Below, one piece after another: positions 19,499 to 29,143 of a DNA stretch of 64,000 nt. This DNA comes from Promethearchaeota archaeon (lineage in GTDB: Archaea; Asgardarchaeota; Thorarchaeia; Thorarchaeales; Thorarchaeaceae). The position numbers were made by a program, and so were the translations under genes. The notes under the pieces were generated by a model, which was given only the letters and a program-made list of their open reading frames with translations, was not told the origin of the DNA and ran no database searches. The stretch is from assembly GCA_014728035.1 (NCBI GenBank), contig WJMJ01000062.1:23558-87557 (forward strand), in the 5' to 3' direction. Position 1 is the first letter of the stretch. Every line of letters starts with the position of its first letter.

Positions 19499-19852
19499 AT
19501 GGTAGAAGAGATTAAAGCAGATGAACTTGAGAAAATTGTTTCAGAAAACAAGGTTGTCTTTCTAGACTGTCACGCGACATGGTGCGGGCCTTGTAAAACA
19601 CTAAGTCCTATACTCGAAGAGTTAGATGATAAGTTTTCAGAAAAAGGACTGAAAGTTGTCAAGCTAGATGTTGATCAGAATCGAGAGTTTAGCACGACCC
19701 ATCAAGTCACAGGAGTGCCTAGTGTCTTTGTATACAGTGAAGGGAAACAAGTAGTTTTTGATGATGGAAAAGGCAAGAAGATGGATAGATTAGTTGGAGT
19801 AATGCCTCCAGAAATCTACTCGCAGATTGCAGAAGAATTACTCGCAGCGTAA
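19499..19852 (+). CDS. Thioredoxin
   Basis: WCGPC and GVP; ATG at 19499. Confidence 0.9.
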   Translation: MVEEIKADELEKIVSENKVVFLDCHATWCGPCKTLSPILEELDDKFSEKGLKVVKLDVDQNREFSTTHQVTGVPSVFVYSEGKQVVFDDGKGKKMDRLVGVMPPEIYSQIAEELLAA

Positions 19853-19862
19853 AAAACTCGAT

Positions 19863-19883
19863 CCAAAGAGGTATCCTCTTTGG
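19863..19883 (+). terminator. Stem-loop followed by T-rich tract
   Basis: CCAAAGAGG-TAT-CCTCTTTGG then TTTCTCTTTTT. Confidence 0.6.
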
Positions 19884-19948
19884 CAATTTCTCTTTTTAGC
19901 CACTAGTAACATTCATAGGTCTTAGCGTATTCTTTGTTCATGGTTATC

Positions 19949-20308
19949 ATGGTAAAAGATGTAGGTCCAAAAGAAATAGAAGAAACAATCGGAAAAACAA
20001 GACTAGTCTTTGTTGACTGTTGGGCACCTTGGTGTGGACCCTGTAGAGCACTTGCACCAATTTTGGAAGAATTAGAAAAGGAATATGAAGATGATCCAGA
20101 TATTGAATTTTTGAAATTGAATACAGAGGATCATCGTGAATATGCTGTGGATAAAAGGATCACTGCAATTCCATGTGTGCTAGTATTTCTTGATGGCAAC
20201 CCAGCAAGTTTTGTGGATCCTGCAGGTAAAAAAGAGGAAAAAACAGATAGATTGATTGGTCTCTCCGGACCTGAAAGGTACAAAAAAGTAATTACGGATT
20301 TACTATAA
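19949..20308 (+). CDS. Thioredoxin (tandem paralogue)
   Basis: WAPWCGPC and AIP. Confidence 0.9.
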   Translation: MVKDVGPKEIEETIGKTRLVFVDCWAPWCGPCRALAPILEELEKEYEDDPDIEFLKLNTEDHREYAVDKRITAIPCVLVFLDGNPASFVDPAGKKEEKTDRLIGLSGPERYKKVITDLL

Positions 20309-20389
20309 GGTGATTCCCTAGTTGGAGTCCACCTATACATTTTATTAACCAGATAGTACACATTATCTAAAAGCTAAGAGGTTTGATTC

Positions 20390-20914
20390 ATGCCGATTCT
20401 ACCATATGGGGATAAAACACCAAAAATTAGTGAAGATGCATATATTAGTCCACAAGCTACTATTGTGGGAGATGTAGAGATATCCAAGGGAGCAAACGTA
20501 TGGCCCGGTGCTGTCATAAGAGGTGATTTAGCGTCCGTCAGAATCGGTGAGAATAGCTGTGTTCAAGATAGCGTAGTAATCCATGCCCACTCAGAAGACA
20601 ATCCAGCAATAATCGGGAATTATTCGGTAATTAGTACTGCCAGTGTTCTGCATGGTGTATATGTAGGAGACTCTACAGTAATCGGTGAAGGATGTGTCAT
20701 TTTTGATGGTGCTACTCTTGGAGAAGGTGTGATGATTGCACCAGGAAGTATTATCCCTGCAAATATTGTCATTCCACCGAGGAGTTTGAATTCCGGAGTT
20801 CCAGCATCACAAATCAGAGAGATTTCAAAGGAAGAAGTCGAAAAGCAGCAAATGAAGGCTGAAACAATATCTCAAGTATTCAAGAAAATGAAACATTGGC
20901 AACGTTCAATATGA
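20390..20914 (+). CDS. Gamma-carbonic anhydrase-like hexapeptide-repeat protein (one Zn-His missing)
   Basis: IVGDV, VWPGAVIRGD, VQD, IH...LHG. Confidence 0.88.
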   Translation: MPILPYGDKTPKISEDAYISPQATIVGDVEISKGANVWPGAVIRGDLASVRIGENSCVQDSVVIHAHSEDNPAIIGNYSVISTASVLHGVYVGDSTVIGEGCVIFDGATLGEGVMIAPGSIIPANIVIPPRSLNSGVPASQIREISKEEVEKQQMKAETISQVFKKMKHWQRSI

Positions 20915-20915
20915 T

Positions 20916-22076
20916 TCAAAAAGTTTCACGAGCAATCCCACTAATATTTCTGCATCCATCCTTTGTGACCTGTATCATCTCAGCGATTTTTACTCCACCG
21001 ACATCAGCACGATAGATAGAAGGATGTAGAGAGAAGACCATTCCCTCTCTGAAAGACAGATTATTCTCTATGGATAGTTGAGGTGGTTCTCGTAAATCTA
21101 GACCAATTGAACAGCCAATCGATTGTACATTATTCTGAATAGTAGATTCTTGATAGATTTTCGCAACAAAATCAGAAATACGTGTTTCTGGTGCTATTAG
21201 GTGCTCCGCTTGTTCACACACTTTTATCGCACTTTCAAATAACTTTCGCTGGGAGCTAGTAGGAGTCCCAAGATGAAGTGTTCGGGCAAGTTCAGCAAAA
21301 TATCCTTTATGACTTACTGTGATATCAATCACAATAGGGTCATCCATAGTTAAACGGTTCCCAGATGATTTTGTATACGGGCAAGTAATTGAAGATCCAG
21401 TTAGTACTGCTGCTCTTATTCCACGAAGTTGCCCTCCCACATTTCTTATTGCAGATTCAATTTCTATAGCCGCTTCACCCTCAGATTTTCCGGGTGCAAT
21501 AATCTCGAATGCGGTTCGGAGACCTATTTCTGCAATCTTTACCGCCTCGATAATGGCATCCAATTCTGAATTATCCTTGATCTGTCTTAGACGCCAGAAG
21601 ATATGTGAATAGTCTGCAAATCCGGCTTCAGGAAGTATCTTTTTCACATAATTAAACTCGTTTACAGAGAGGAAGTCTTGCTGCAATCCAATCATACCGG
21701 AGGTTGTTTCGAGTTCCTCAATTATATCGTGAATCTTATCCCATAGCTTTGGTGTGTGTGTGCCAAGCCACTCTTCAAGATTTGTAACAGGAATGCTTTC
21801 AATACTTGCCATAACAGATTCGATTCCGACTGATTCCATCTGGTTCTCGGATATTATTAATCGTGGTTTGTATCCTTCGACTATGACACAAGCTACAGGA
21901 AGTCGCGAGTCTGGAATATCATAACCAGTCAAATAGTGGACATCACGCGCATAAGTTACCACAATGGCATCTATCTTCTCATGACGCATAATTTGATGTA
22001 CTCTCTCAAGGCGTTGTGGCGTAAATTGCATATTATGATTAGTCTCCAGTAGTGATGCCATATAGCGACTGTGCAC
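20916..22076 (-). CDS. M24 (Xaa-Pro peptidase/creatinase fold) homologue with degenerate metal site
   Basis: Creatinase_N-like N-terminus (YLTGY), LRQIK, pita-bread-fold motifs with altered ligands. Confidence 0.85.
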   Translation of the reverse strand: MHSRYMASLLETNHNMQFTPQRLERVHQIMRHEKIDAIVVTYARDVHYLTGYDIPDSRLPVACVIVEGYKPRLIISENQMESVGIESVMASIESIPVTNLEEWLGTHTPKLWDKIHDIIEELETTSGMIGLQQDFLSVNEFNYVKKILPEAGFADYSHIFWRLRQIKDNSELDAIIEAVKIAEIGLRTAFEIIAPGKSEGEAAIEIESAIRNVGGQLRGIRAAVLTGSSITCPYTKSSGNRLTMDDPIVIDITVSHKGYFAELARTLHLGTPTSSQRKLFESAIKVCEQAEHLIAPETRISDFVAKIYQESTIQNNVQSIGCSIGLDLREPPQLSIENNLSFREGMVFSLHPSIYRADVGGVKIAEMIQVTKDGCRNISGIARETF

Positions 22077-22141
22077 TGCTCGTATTGTCGAATTAATTCA
22101 ACATTTAAGCTTCACGAACATGTCAATTCTGAAAAGAAAGA

Positions 22142-22219
22142 TGGCGGGACCGTCCGGATTCGAACCGGAGATACCCAACTCCGCAGGCTGGTGCCTTATC
22201 CAGGCTAGACTACGGCCCC
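22142..22219 (-). tRNA. tRNA-Arg(GCG), CCA encoded
   Basis: GGGGCCG...CCAGC-CT-GCG-GA-GTTGG...TCCGG-TTCGAAT-CCGGA-CGGTCCC-G-CCA cloverleaf. Confidence 0.97.
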
Positions 22220-22275
22220 ATTTCCTGCGAGTTCAAATCAACTTATAGACTCTTCGCTGTGGAATAGATGTTACA

Positions 22276-22494
22276 CTATTTCGATTGAACAAGTTCAACC
22301 GATGCGCGACCATTCAATTTGGTTATTCGTAGAACATGCTCTGATGTTTGAAGAACAAAACTCTCACCATCTTCTAAGTTCTCTAAAACTGGTCGTCCAA
22401 GCGGTCCATTCAAATATCTCTCGAAACGAGACACAACGCTATGCCGCGGAACGGTTTCTTCGATTACGCTCAACTTCAATGACCTCATGGTCAT
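22276..22494 (-). CDS. Small hypothetical protein between the two tRNA-Arg genes
   Basis: 72-aa ORF with AGGT upstream and its own TTAAATA box. Confidence 0.6.
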   Translation of the reverse strand: MTMRSLKLSVIEETVPRHSVVSRFERYLNGPLGRPVLENLEDGESFVLQTSEHVLRITKLNGRASVELVQSK

Positions 22495-22609
22495 AGCGAT
22501 ACCTATGACCTACTATTGAGTCGGTTTGAGATTATTTAAGGTCCACATAGTTTCAGATTTGAAACGCCATTAATTTTCATAGTGTGAGAGAGTATATCTC
22601 AAATATCAG

Positions 22610-22687
22610 TGGCGGGACCGCCCGGATTCGAACCGGGGATACCCAACTCCGGAGGCTGGTGCCTTATCCATGCTAGACTACGGCCCC
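22610..22687 (-). tRNA. tRNA-Arg(CCG), CCA encoded
   Basis: Same cloverleaf with anticodon loop CT-CCG-GA. Confidence 0.97.
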
Positions 22688-22757
22688 AATCAGATTGGCT
22701 CCGAATCATCTTTAAAGAATTCCTATTGAATCTCAATGAGTGGTAGGCTAACATATC

Positions 22758-23303
22758 CTAGTCCGAGATTAATTCTGGCTCTTCGATCCACCAAGCCCCA
22801 CGCTTCCCCTTGAACACACCCTGTTTAAATTGGAGAACTTCATGGCCGATTTCCTCCTCAAAACGAGAGTTCAGTCGGTTTAGTCTATCCAATATGGTTC
22901 TACGTTTGGTATCACTTCCAAGGAGGCGTTCTGCTAGCTCAGGAGTGGTAGCACCTTCATACTGTAGAAGATATGCAAGAATCCGTCGATCCAACTCATC
23001 TCTACATACCTTAGAATATGTCACATCATTAAGCCCTGCAAGATAGACGCTACTAGAACGTTCCTGTTCAAGAAATGATACACGTTCTCTTAGACTTATT
23101 ATATCTTCAAGCATTTGTGTAATAATAGGAGGGACATCATCATCCAATTTCCAAAGTAGTCGCCATCTAACTGCTTCTTCGATGAAACGTTGTCTGCTAT
23201 TATCTCCTGCGAGTAAATCTATCTTCTCAAGAATTTCCTTTGGCAGACGCAATCTGATACTTATTCTATCATCACTTTCTGTATCTGTCAAGGAATATCT
23301 CAT
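22758..23303 (-). CDS. Transcriptional regulator: N-terminal ribbon-helix-helix, coiled coil, C-terminal winged HTH
   Basis: ISIRLRLPKEILEKID...SRQRFIEEAV; DELDRRILAYL...ATTPELAERL. Confidence 0.75.
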   Translation of the reverse strand: MRYSLTDTESDDRISIRLRLPKEILEKIDLLAGDNSRQRFIEEAVRWRLLWKLDDDVPPIITQMLEDIISLRERVSFLEQERSSSVYLAGLNDVTYSKVCRDELDRRILAYLLQYEGATTPELAERLLGSDTKRRTILDRLNRLNSRFEEEIGHEVLQFKQGVFKGKRGAWWIEEPELISD

Positions 23304-23415
23304 CCTACTAAATCAAAGAAATCTGGTACATGAAAAGCATTGCTCTTCGTTCACGTTCCGACACAGTTATAAAAAGAATCGAGTGCATTGTGCTGACAAG
23401 GCAACGGTGAAGGAA

Positions 23416-23703
23416 ATGGTAAACAAATTCAAAGCCATCAAAAGAGAAAGGGCTCGCTTGAGAAATGTACAGAACCCTCAACAAGTTGATTATAGACGGA
23501 TGCGAAAAGCTCGTAAGATAAGAACTGCATATTGGAGACACAAAAAGAAGGCCGTTGCAGCTGAAGTATCAATCATTGAAGAGAAAACAGCACCAAAGAG
23601 CAAAAAACCAGCTAAAGAGCCAGAACTTGAAGAAATCGATGAAGAGCTAGAAGAGATCTATTCAATCGATGAAGATGAGTTAGAAGATTTCGATGATGAA
23701 TAG
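23416..23703 (+). CDS. Small charge-segregated protein (basic N-half, acidic tail)
   Basis: GGTGAAGGA SD then ATG 23416: MVNKFKAIKRERARLR...EEIDEELEEIYSIDEDELEDFDDE. Confidence 0.75.
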   Translation: MVNKFKAIKRERARLRNVQNPQQVDYRRMRKARKIRTAYWRHKKKAVAAEVSIIEEKTAPKSKKPAKEPELEEIDEELEEIYSIDEDELEDFDDE

Positions 23704-23806
23704 ATTTGAGAGCCAAATTTCAAATCAACTAATAATACGACTAACTCATAAGAGCAGAATGCAAGAGTAGTTTAGAAGTTTTTTTACTTCTCATTCAATC
23801 TTCAAG

Positions 23807-24631
23807 GTGTTTAGTATGACCAATCTAAGAAATGTAGTGAAATATTTGGAATCTGTCGCTCCACAAAGTCTTACGATAGGTGATCATGATAGCCGAATTG
23901 AGATTGGACCCCAAGCTGAACAAGAGCAGATCAATACAACGATTAAGCGTATTCTTATTGCAACCTACCCATCTGGAAGAGTCGTGACAAGAAGCACACA
24001 AGACAAAGCAAACCTATTGATTACCCATTTCCCAATTTTCCAGTTTCCAGTATCTCAAATTTCCGGTTTGGACTTGGTCAGAATTCGGTTACTTGCAAAA
24101 AATTACATTTCATCATATGTACTAGGCAGTGCAATCATTGGTGCTAGAAACGGGTTATCAGATGCACTTGTAGAAACATTGGGTTTGCAGCAAGTGCAGG
24201 AATTCTATACAATTGGAAAATATTCCGAAACTGTGTCATTTGGTCGTATATGTAAGATGAATGGAGAGATGAATCATTCACGATTTGCTGATTACATCGC
24301 AATGAAACTAGGACAAGATTCAGTTACGTTCACTGGTGATTTAGACCAACAGGTTAGTTCAATTTTAGTTTGTCCAGGACATCACATGGACATCCCAAAT
24401 ATTATAGCAGCAAATCACATGAATATCAACACGATTGTCACTGGAAGAATTGCTCCCGAGTGCAGACTTATCGCATCTGAACAGGGACTAAATGTAATCG
24501 AAGTAAGAGAGTTTGTTATGGAAGAGATTGGGATGAAACGCCTTCGTCACCGAATGAGTTTGGAGTTTCCAGAACTGAAAATCGAATTCACTGAATCTGA
24601 ACCAATATCCAAAACATTAAGGTCTCGTTAG
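23807..24631 (+). CDS. NIF3/DUF34 family homologue with degenerate metal ligands
   Basis: YLESVAP, LLITHFP, FGRIC, ILVCPG, GMKRL. Confidence 0.8.
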   Translation: MFSMTNLRNVVKYLESVAPQSLTIGDHDSRIEIGPQAEQEQINTTIKRILIATYPSGRVVTRSTQDKANLLITHFPIFQFPVSQISGLDLVRIRLLAKNYISSYVLGSAIIGARNGLSDALVETLGLQQVQEFYTIGKYSETVSFGRICKMNGEMNHSRFADYIAMKLGQDSVTFTGDLDQQVSSILVCPGHHMDIPNIIAANHMNINTIVTGRIAPECRLIASEQGLNVIEVREFVMEEIGMKRLRHRMSLEFPELKIEFTESEPISKTLRSR

Positions 24632-24635
24632 TCAA

Positions 24636-25517
24636 TCAGGGCCGACGGATTAGAATCACGTTCTTGTTCTTCTCAACACCAATATGTTCAGCAACGGGAA
24701 TACACTTTGTGCGAAGTATATGTACAGTTGGACATGTTGGCTCGAATTCCGTCATTGATTCATAATTCCCCATTCCTTTTGCAACAATTACTTCTGCAGT
24801 ATTCAATAACTCCTTGAATTCATCAGATGCACGGTCTAAGTTGACTCCAATAGCAGCAGCACCAGTTTCTTTCACCTCATCAGCACAATCACCTAATGCA
24901 ACCTGCTCAGCATCAATGACAGTAGCATCATTCAAAATAGGTCCAGACTTTACTACTGCAATAACACGAGGACCAAGTTTTTTGATTTCGTGGATAAGAA
25001 TCATATCCAGAACAACCTCACCTGCATTATCCATGAGGTAAACAACTTCATTCGCTTTTTGTACTAAAGTTCTAAATTCGGGAATCATATCTACAGCAAG
25101 GTCAGACTCAACATGGTCGATTATACCACGAAGTTCCTCAAGGTCAAAATCTCTTCCAGACACATCAAACTCGATTGCGTTTGCTGCTGCAGCTATCAAA
25201 GTGGCCTTTCTGAATCTTACACGGTCTTCACCAGCCTCTTCAACAATTTGCTTCAATTCATGAAGAATATCTAAAGCCATTTTATTAGATTGGATTTTCA
25301 ATTCTTCGTATGGATCCTTCCCGGTCATTTGTTGAACAAGCAAATCACGGTCAGTCCCTATATGAGAGGGTACTGAATTTTCAGTCAGATTTCTTGCCAA
25401 AAAATCCAACATCTTTGCTGCTACCTGCATCTGCAAATCAGGGTCATCTGTTGCAAGTTTTGTCTGATTAATCGCTCGTTCAAGAAGACAATGCACACAG
25501 TGAAGTCTGACTTTCAT
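24636..25517 (-). CDS. DUF89/ARMT1-like damage-control phosphatase
   Basis: CVHC, DPY, DNAGE, PILNDA, KGMGNYES. Confidence 0.92.
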   Translation of the reverse strand: MKVRLHCVHCLLERAINQTKLATDDPDLQMQVAAKMLDFLARNLTENSVPSHIGTDRDLLVQQMTGKDPYEELKIQSNKMALDILHELKQIVEEAGEDRVRFRKATLIAAAANAIEFDVSGRDFDLEELRGIIDHVESDLAVDMIPEFRTLVQKANEVVYLMDNAGEVVLDMILIHEIKKLGPRVIAVVKSGPILNDATVIDAEQVALGDCADEVKETGAAAIGVNLDRASDEFKELLNTAEVIVAKGMGNYESMTEFEPTCPTVHILRTKCIPVAEHIGVEKNKNVILIRRP

Positions 25518-25570
25518 GATATTTCAACAGGTTCTAGACAAAACAAGCTATTGAAAAATGGAACGGAAGG

Positions 25571-25594
25571 TACTAGGAGCCGAAGCTCCCAGTA
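25571..25594 (-). terminator. cUUCGg-capped stem-loop directly after the tpiA stop
   Basis: Minus strand TACT-G-GGAGC-TTCG-GCTCC-T-AGTA followed by a pyrimidine tract. Confidence 0.6.
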
Positions 25595-25595
25595 A

Positions 25596-26328
<733 letters not shown>

Positions 26329-26365
26329 CGAACAGTGCTGGTTAATAAGTTACTATGATACCAAA

Positions 26366-26974
26366 CTATCTAACAGTACCCACAAGGAGCTTCAGAATAG
26401 GAACTCGTGCGTAGCCATTTCGATTAAGTTGGCCGATGGGCTTCCTTAACTCAATTTTAACAAATTTTCCAGGTTCTGAATTCTTGTAGTACTGCATGTA
26501 AATATCCGAGAACTCGGAAAATGTTGCAGCACTCAAAAGTTCTTTCACAACATCATTTGAAATTCTGATAAAGACATCCTCATCCGAAATAGCACCAGAG
26601 CCAAATTTCACTTCATCATTGGCAGGTTTGCTAACATTGAAACGTTCACCCATTGCCATGAATTCGATTCGAAACTCATCTGGACCTTCAAGACAATCAC
26701 ATATCGTGGAATCAGCAAACATGTATTTCAAACGATCAGTAATAGAATCATGATAGGGAATTGTTCCTCCCCTTTCTGCTATAGGTGTTGAATCAACTTC
26801 TGCAGCAGCAGATTCTTCTTCAGATGGAACCGCTTCAGATTTTTCAGTTTCCTCTATGGCGTCTTCTTGTTCCTTAGCCTCAGATTCCACCTCTTCTACT
26901 TCTTCGGCAGCTTCTTCTTTCTTTTCCTTCTCATCTTCGTCTTCTTTGCCTCGTCCCAGCAATCTTCTTAGCAT
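26366..26974 (-). CDS. Hypothetical protein: short amphipathic N-terminus, acidic linker, SCP2-like C-terminal domain
   Basis: MLRRLLGRGK, E-rich stretch, ERFNV...VKFGSG...DVFIRISNDVVKELL. Confidence 0.6.
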   Translation of the reverse strand: MLRRLLGRGKEDEDEKEKKEEAAEEVEEVESEAKEQEDAIEETEKSEAVPSEEESAAAEVDSTPIAERGGTIPYHDSITDRLKYMFADSTICDCLEGPDEFRIEFMAMGERFNVSKPANDEVKFGSGAISDEDVFIRISNDVVKELLSAATFSEFSDIYMQYYKNSEPGKFVKIELRKPIGQLNRNGYARVPILKLLVGTVR

Positions 26975-27100
26975 TTTAAGCGGTCTCCGTATATTGAATT
27001 CATAAAACAAAAGTCGGTTTCCAACTTGTCCTATGAATTCATATTTTCTATGTATTGTATAAGTATGTCTTCCTTGAAAAACATAATTAGAGTGTACACA

Positions 27101-27373
27101 TTAACTGGTAGGAGATACCTGAGAAGACTGAGAGCCATTCTCAATAGCCGCTTGTTCTAGCTGTGCAACCAGAGGAAGACCACCGGATTTCGTCTTTGTC
27201 CCCCACAACTCGTCAACCAGAAGGTCGCGTATTGCAATCCTAATTACCTCTGAACGATTGGGGTACATTCCTGCATTAATTAGTTTGTCCACACCTTCAA
27301 CATAAGATTCAGGCATGCATATTGTGACTACTTTCAAAGTGTCTAGCACCACGGGCATTGTAGAATCTATCAC
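27101..27373 (-). CDS. Ribbon-helix-helix (CopG/CdrS-like) regulator
   Basis: VVTICMPESYVEGVDKLINAGMYPNRSEVIRIAIRDLL. Confidence 0.88.
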   Translation of the reverse strand: MIDSTMPVVLDTLKVVTICMPESYVEGVDKLINAGMYPNRSEVIRIAIRDLLVDELWGTKTKSGGLPLVAQLEQAAIENGSQSSQVSPTS

Positions 27374-27485
27374 TAATTAAATAGAGTCACATGCCAGTAT
27401 ACATCCACGTAACACTAGGTCGTTATTCGGGAGAATTTAAGAGAGCTTGGTCCTATGAATTCCTAAACAAAGGAGTAGCAAGTAA

Positions 27486-27782
27486 ATGGGAAAGAAAACA
27501 AGCAACAAAGGAAAAGTCCGAGCTAGTCATATCCTAGTAGAGAAACACAGCCAAGCATTGGATCTCATTCGTCGCATTCAGGAAGGAGAAGATTTCGGAG
27601 CACTAGCACGTGAACATAGTAGTTGTAGTTCAGCCAAGAAGGGCGGAGACCTCGGGTTTTTCACTAGAGGGCAAATGGTCAAAGAGTTTGAAAGGGCAGC
27701 TTATGGACTTAGTGTTGGAGCAATAACAACAGACCCAGTGAAGACTCAATTCGGATATCATGTCATTAAAAGAACAGGCTAG
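27486..27782 (+). CDS. ppiC: Parvulin peptidyl-prolyl isomerase
   Basis: ASHILV, GGDLGFF, MVKEFE, TQFGYHVI. Confidence 0.95.
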   Translation: MGKKTSNKGKVRASHILVEKHSQALDLIRRIQEGEDFGALAREHSSCSSAKKGGDLGFFTRGQMVKEFERAAYGLSVGAITTDPVKTQFGYHVIKRTG

Positions 27783-27838
27783 AACAACTAATAGATGGAT
27801 GAACCACTCTTTTCCGAGTTATAATAGATAAAAGAAAA

Positions 27839-27867
27839 TTGCTTGCGAGCAGTAAAGCTCGCAGCAA
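27839..27867. terminator. Stem-loop between convergent ppiC and fbp
   Basis: TGCGAGC-AGTAAA-GCTCGCA core. Confidence 0.55.
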
Positions 27868-27889
27868 ATCAATTTGTTTCGCAATTGAA

Positions 27890-29038
27890 TTATTCTGCAG
27901 AGTCTGAATCGTCTCTAGCTTCGCCTTTAACCACAATCTCTTCTTCAGAGAAGCGAGGTTCGCACTTTTTGAGGACACCAGGAAGTGTTGTGTACTCCAT
28001 TGCTTCTTGCTCAAGACGATGTGGTTGGAATGGTCCAGTTCGGCGGAGATAGTCAGCAATCTCCATTGCTCTCTGACGAGTGATGTCAAATGCAACATCC
28101 TTGAAGAGGTCAATTGGACCAACTAGTTGACCATTGCATATCTGGAACCCTAGACCTATGACTCGAGGAGGCCCATCGAATCGAGTACAGACCGAATTCT
28201 CTAAGTCAACTGGCATGAGGGGGCCGGTATGTGAACCTCTCATCCAACCAGATACAAGATGTGGTAGCGTGAAAGCTTCAAGAACTTCACCCATGGCGGG
28301 GAGTCCTGAATGAGCTCGAACAATTGCCACGGGGTCATCTTTTCCAACATATTTGCCAGCAATATTGTGCAGTTTGTCAGTGCTTACTGCAGCTGCGATA
28401 AGGCCATCCTTCCGGTATATCTTCTTGATTGTGTATTGACCTGTACTACCGAGTAATGCGAGTAAATCGTACATGTCTTCCGGACATTTCATTTCCACGT
28501 AACATGGAATTTCTTTCTTGATGTCCTGTACAATGAAACTGAATCCTTGGTGAAGATTTGGGTCAATTACAAGTCCCGCTGTGTTGAAAGGGTCGGCGAA
28601 CATTTTGAATAGCGGGAAGTTGAAAGCGCCGGGTTCGGTCTTGTCAGCCATGAAAATACCAAATGGCTCAGATTTTCTTTCGGTGATAGTCATTTCAGCA
28701 GATCCCGGACCCATCCCCTTTATGTTACCACTGAAGGTATCAGAGAGAATGTCTTGGCCTGCTGCGTATATCTTCATCTCACGGGCTTTCTCGGTACCTT
28801 TCATGAAGGTATCCCAAGCAAGACGGTGAACATCTTCATTTTCTTCACCTTTATCGTGGGTCATGATAAGCTCGAGGTCGTCACCGGCATGGGCAACATA
28901 GAAGTCATTGATGATTTTCTTCTCAACTCCTTCTTTCAAGGATTTCCTAGCAAGTTCGAGAATAAAATCTGGAACAACAACATGGCCAGCAAGTGAACCG
29001 ATATCAGCCTTGATCACGGTGATGGTAGTTTCAACCAT
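27890..29038 (-). CDS. fbp: Bifunctional fructose-1,6-bisphosphate aldolase/phosphatase (class V)
   Basis: IKADIGS, GDD, GQD, DKTEPGAFN, YVGKDDP, RFDGPP, MEYTT. Confidence 0.97.
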   Translation of the reverse strand: MVETTITVIKADIGSLAGHVVVPDFILELARKSLKEGVEKKIINDFYVAHAGDDLELIMTHDKGEENEDVHRLAWDTFMKGTEKAREMKIYAAGQDILSDTFSGNIKGMGPGSAEMTITERKSEPFGIFMADKTEPGAFNFPLFKMFADPFNTAGLVIDPNLHQGFSFIVQDIKKEIPCYVEMKCPEDMYDLLALLGSTGQYTIKKIYRKDGLIAAAVSTDKLHNIAGKYVGKDDPVAIVRAHSGLPAMGEVLEAFTLPHLVSGWMRGSHTGPLMPVDLENSVCTRFDGPPRVIGLGFQICNGQLVGPIDLFKDVAFDITRQRAMEIADYLRRTGPFQPHRLEQEAMEYTTLPGVLKKCEPRFSEEEIVVKGEARDDSDSAE

Positions 29039-29084
29039 TCATATTAACTCCTAATGCAACATCTAATTGAGCGAATCCGCTCTG

Positions 29085-29143
29085 AGAGGGATGAACAAGC
29101 CGAAGATGACGGTGTAATAGACGTTTCGGAAGCATCGCCCTCT
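29085..29143 (-). promoter_or_regulatory. Structured 5' leader of fbp (nested hairpin)
   Basis: AGAGGG/CCCTCT outer stem and CCGAA/TTCGG inner stem; TTATAT box about 30 nt upstream (29174-29169). Confidence 0.5.

Noticed and set aside
22142-22687. Integrated element with attL/attR
   Set aside because: Both copies are full-length tRNAs with different anticodons and a compensatory change; there is no integrase.
23182-23415. N-terminal extension of the 173-aa ORF in the track
   Set aside because: It overlaps the opposite-strand regulator, and the SD supports a start at 23416.
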